IMG/VR virus record: IMGVR_UViG_3300028027_000047 | Coordinates: 32,001 to 96,000 of that record | Strand: one strand, 5' to 3' | DNA length: 64,000 nt | Source: a virus | Shown: piece after piece, positions 63,505 to 64,000 of the stretch | Position numbering within the stretch: position 1 is the stretch's first letter | Layout of the letters: every line of letters begins with the position of its first letter | Notes under the pieces: model-generated | Told to the model about the DNA's origin: nothing | Databases searched by the model: none | What the model saw: the letters and a program-made list of their open reading frames with translations, nothing else | Program-made: the position numbers and the translations under genes

Positions 63505-64000
63505 TTAGTGCCTCTTCCTGTGTGTAGGTTTTCAAAGGTAATAATACCATATGGGTCTGACATTCTTTCATAGCCACTTCATCCTGCCAAGAGCCCTCAT
63601 TGCATTCTGAGCAGAATTCACCGCAGTCATTCTCGCAATAGTCAATACAATCAAAAGACTGGCAAGCATAGCAACGGTTCTCATATGCCAATAGTTCTTT
63701 TACTTCACCACGGACAATCTCATATTCCCCACCCCAACCTGTTTCTTCCTCAAACTCTAATGTGAGCAGGCAGTTCGGAACAAGATTACTTAGTTTAGTT
63801 AAGATAGTTACAGCAGGTGACCAAGCAGTCTCATACTTATATACAAGCCAGTTGTCATCACCTTCTGATTTGTATTCAAGTAATTCTGTATTAGAATACT
63901 TTTCCTCATCAGATACGGCTACATCCCACTTAGTTCCCCAATTAGAGTTATTCCACGAATACCAATCCTTCTGAGTCTTAGCAAACTCAACAGACTTGCG
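63497..64000 (-). CDS. DUF1281/YubB ferredoxin-like protein (5'-partial) with Cys-rich tail
   Basis: Frame is open to the window end: DWYSWNNSNWGTKWD...YETAWSP. Confidence 0.7.
   Translation of the reverse strand, partial: RKSVEFAKTQKDWYSWNNSNWGTKWDVAVSDEEKYSNTELLEYKSEGDDNWLVYKYETAWSPAVTILTKLSNLVPNCLLTLEFEEETGWGGEYEIVRGEVKELLAYENRCYACQSFDCIDYCENDCGEFCSECNEGSWQDEVAMKECQTHMVLLPLKTYTQEEALNV

Noticed and set aside
1-64000. Stop-codon reassignment
   Set aside because: Standard code gives dense full-length genes ending in TAA, TAG and TGA; no suppressor tRNA (anticodon TAA reads UUA)

Overview
A 64 kb, AT-rich segment of a large tailed dsDNA phage, probably a siphovirus. The host is most likely an Actinobacterium, judging from WhiB, an Lsr2-like protein and many leaderless -10/N6/ATG starts. 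Left to right: (1) tail module, 1-18.5 kb: a 5'-truncated giant tape-measure protein, Dit-like and hub proteins, and a fibre with FN3 and S74 chaperone domains; (2) replication, recombination and packaging genes, 18.6-34.5 kb: metallophosphoesterase, DnaB, DnaG, SSB, DnaE, MazG-like, RecA, Cas4-like, RuvC-like, TerS and TerL; (3) accessory region, 34.5-60.7 kb: 5 tRNAs plus one tRNA-like element nested in a CDS, CHAP amidase, SNase, Hsp20, secreted or surface proteins, HslV-like protease, thioredoxin, 8 2OG-Fe(II) oxygenase-like genes, a sulfotransferase, an APS-kinase/nucleotidyltransferase fusion, an RsmI-like methyltransferase, HNH and KTSC; (4) a non-coding strand-switch region with DnaA boxes and repeats, then small minus-strand genes. 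The most striking element is the tape-measure protein. It appears to be a polyvalent effector carrier with two HipA/PI3-4K-like kinases, an OmpA-like peptidoglycan-binding domain, an ADP-ribosyltransferase-like domain and possibly a His-Me nuclease. These sit in cassettes bounded by a recurring xxxGG motif, and two cassettes share a duplicated HxGGxVGHRHGR header plus a pre-toxin-like helix. All family assignments come from reading motifs by eye; no database searches were run.
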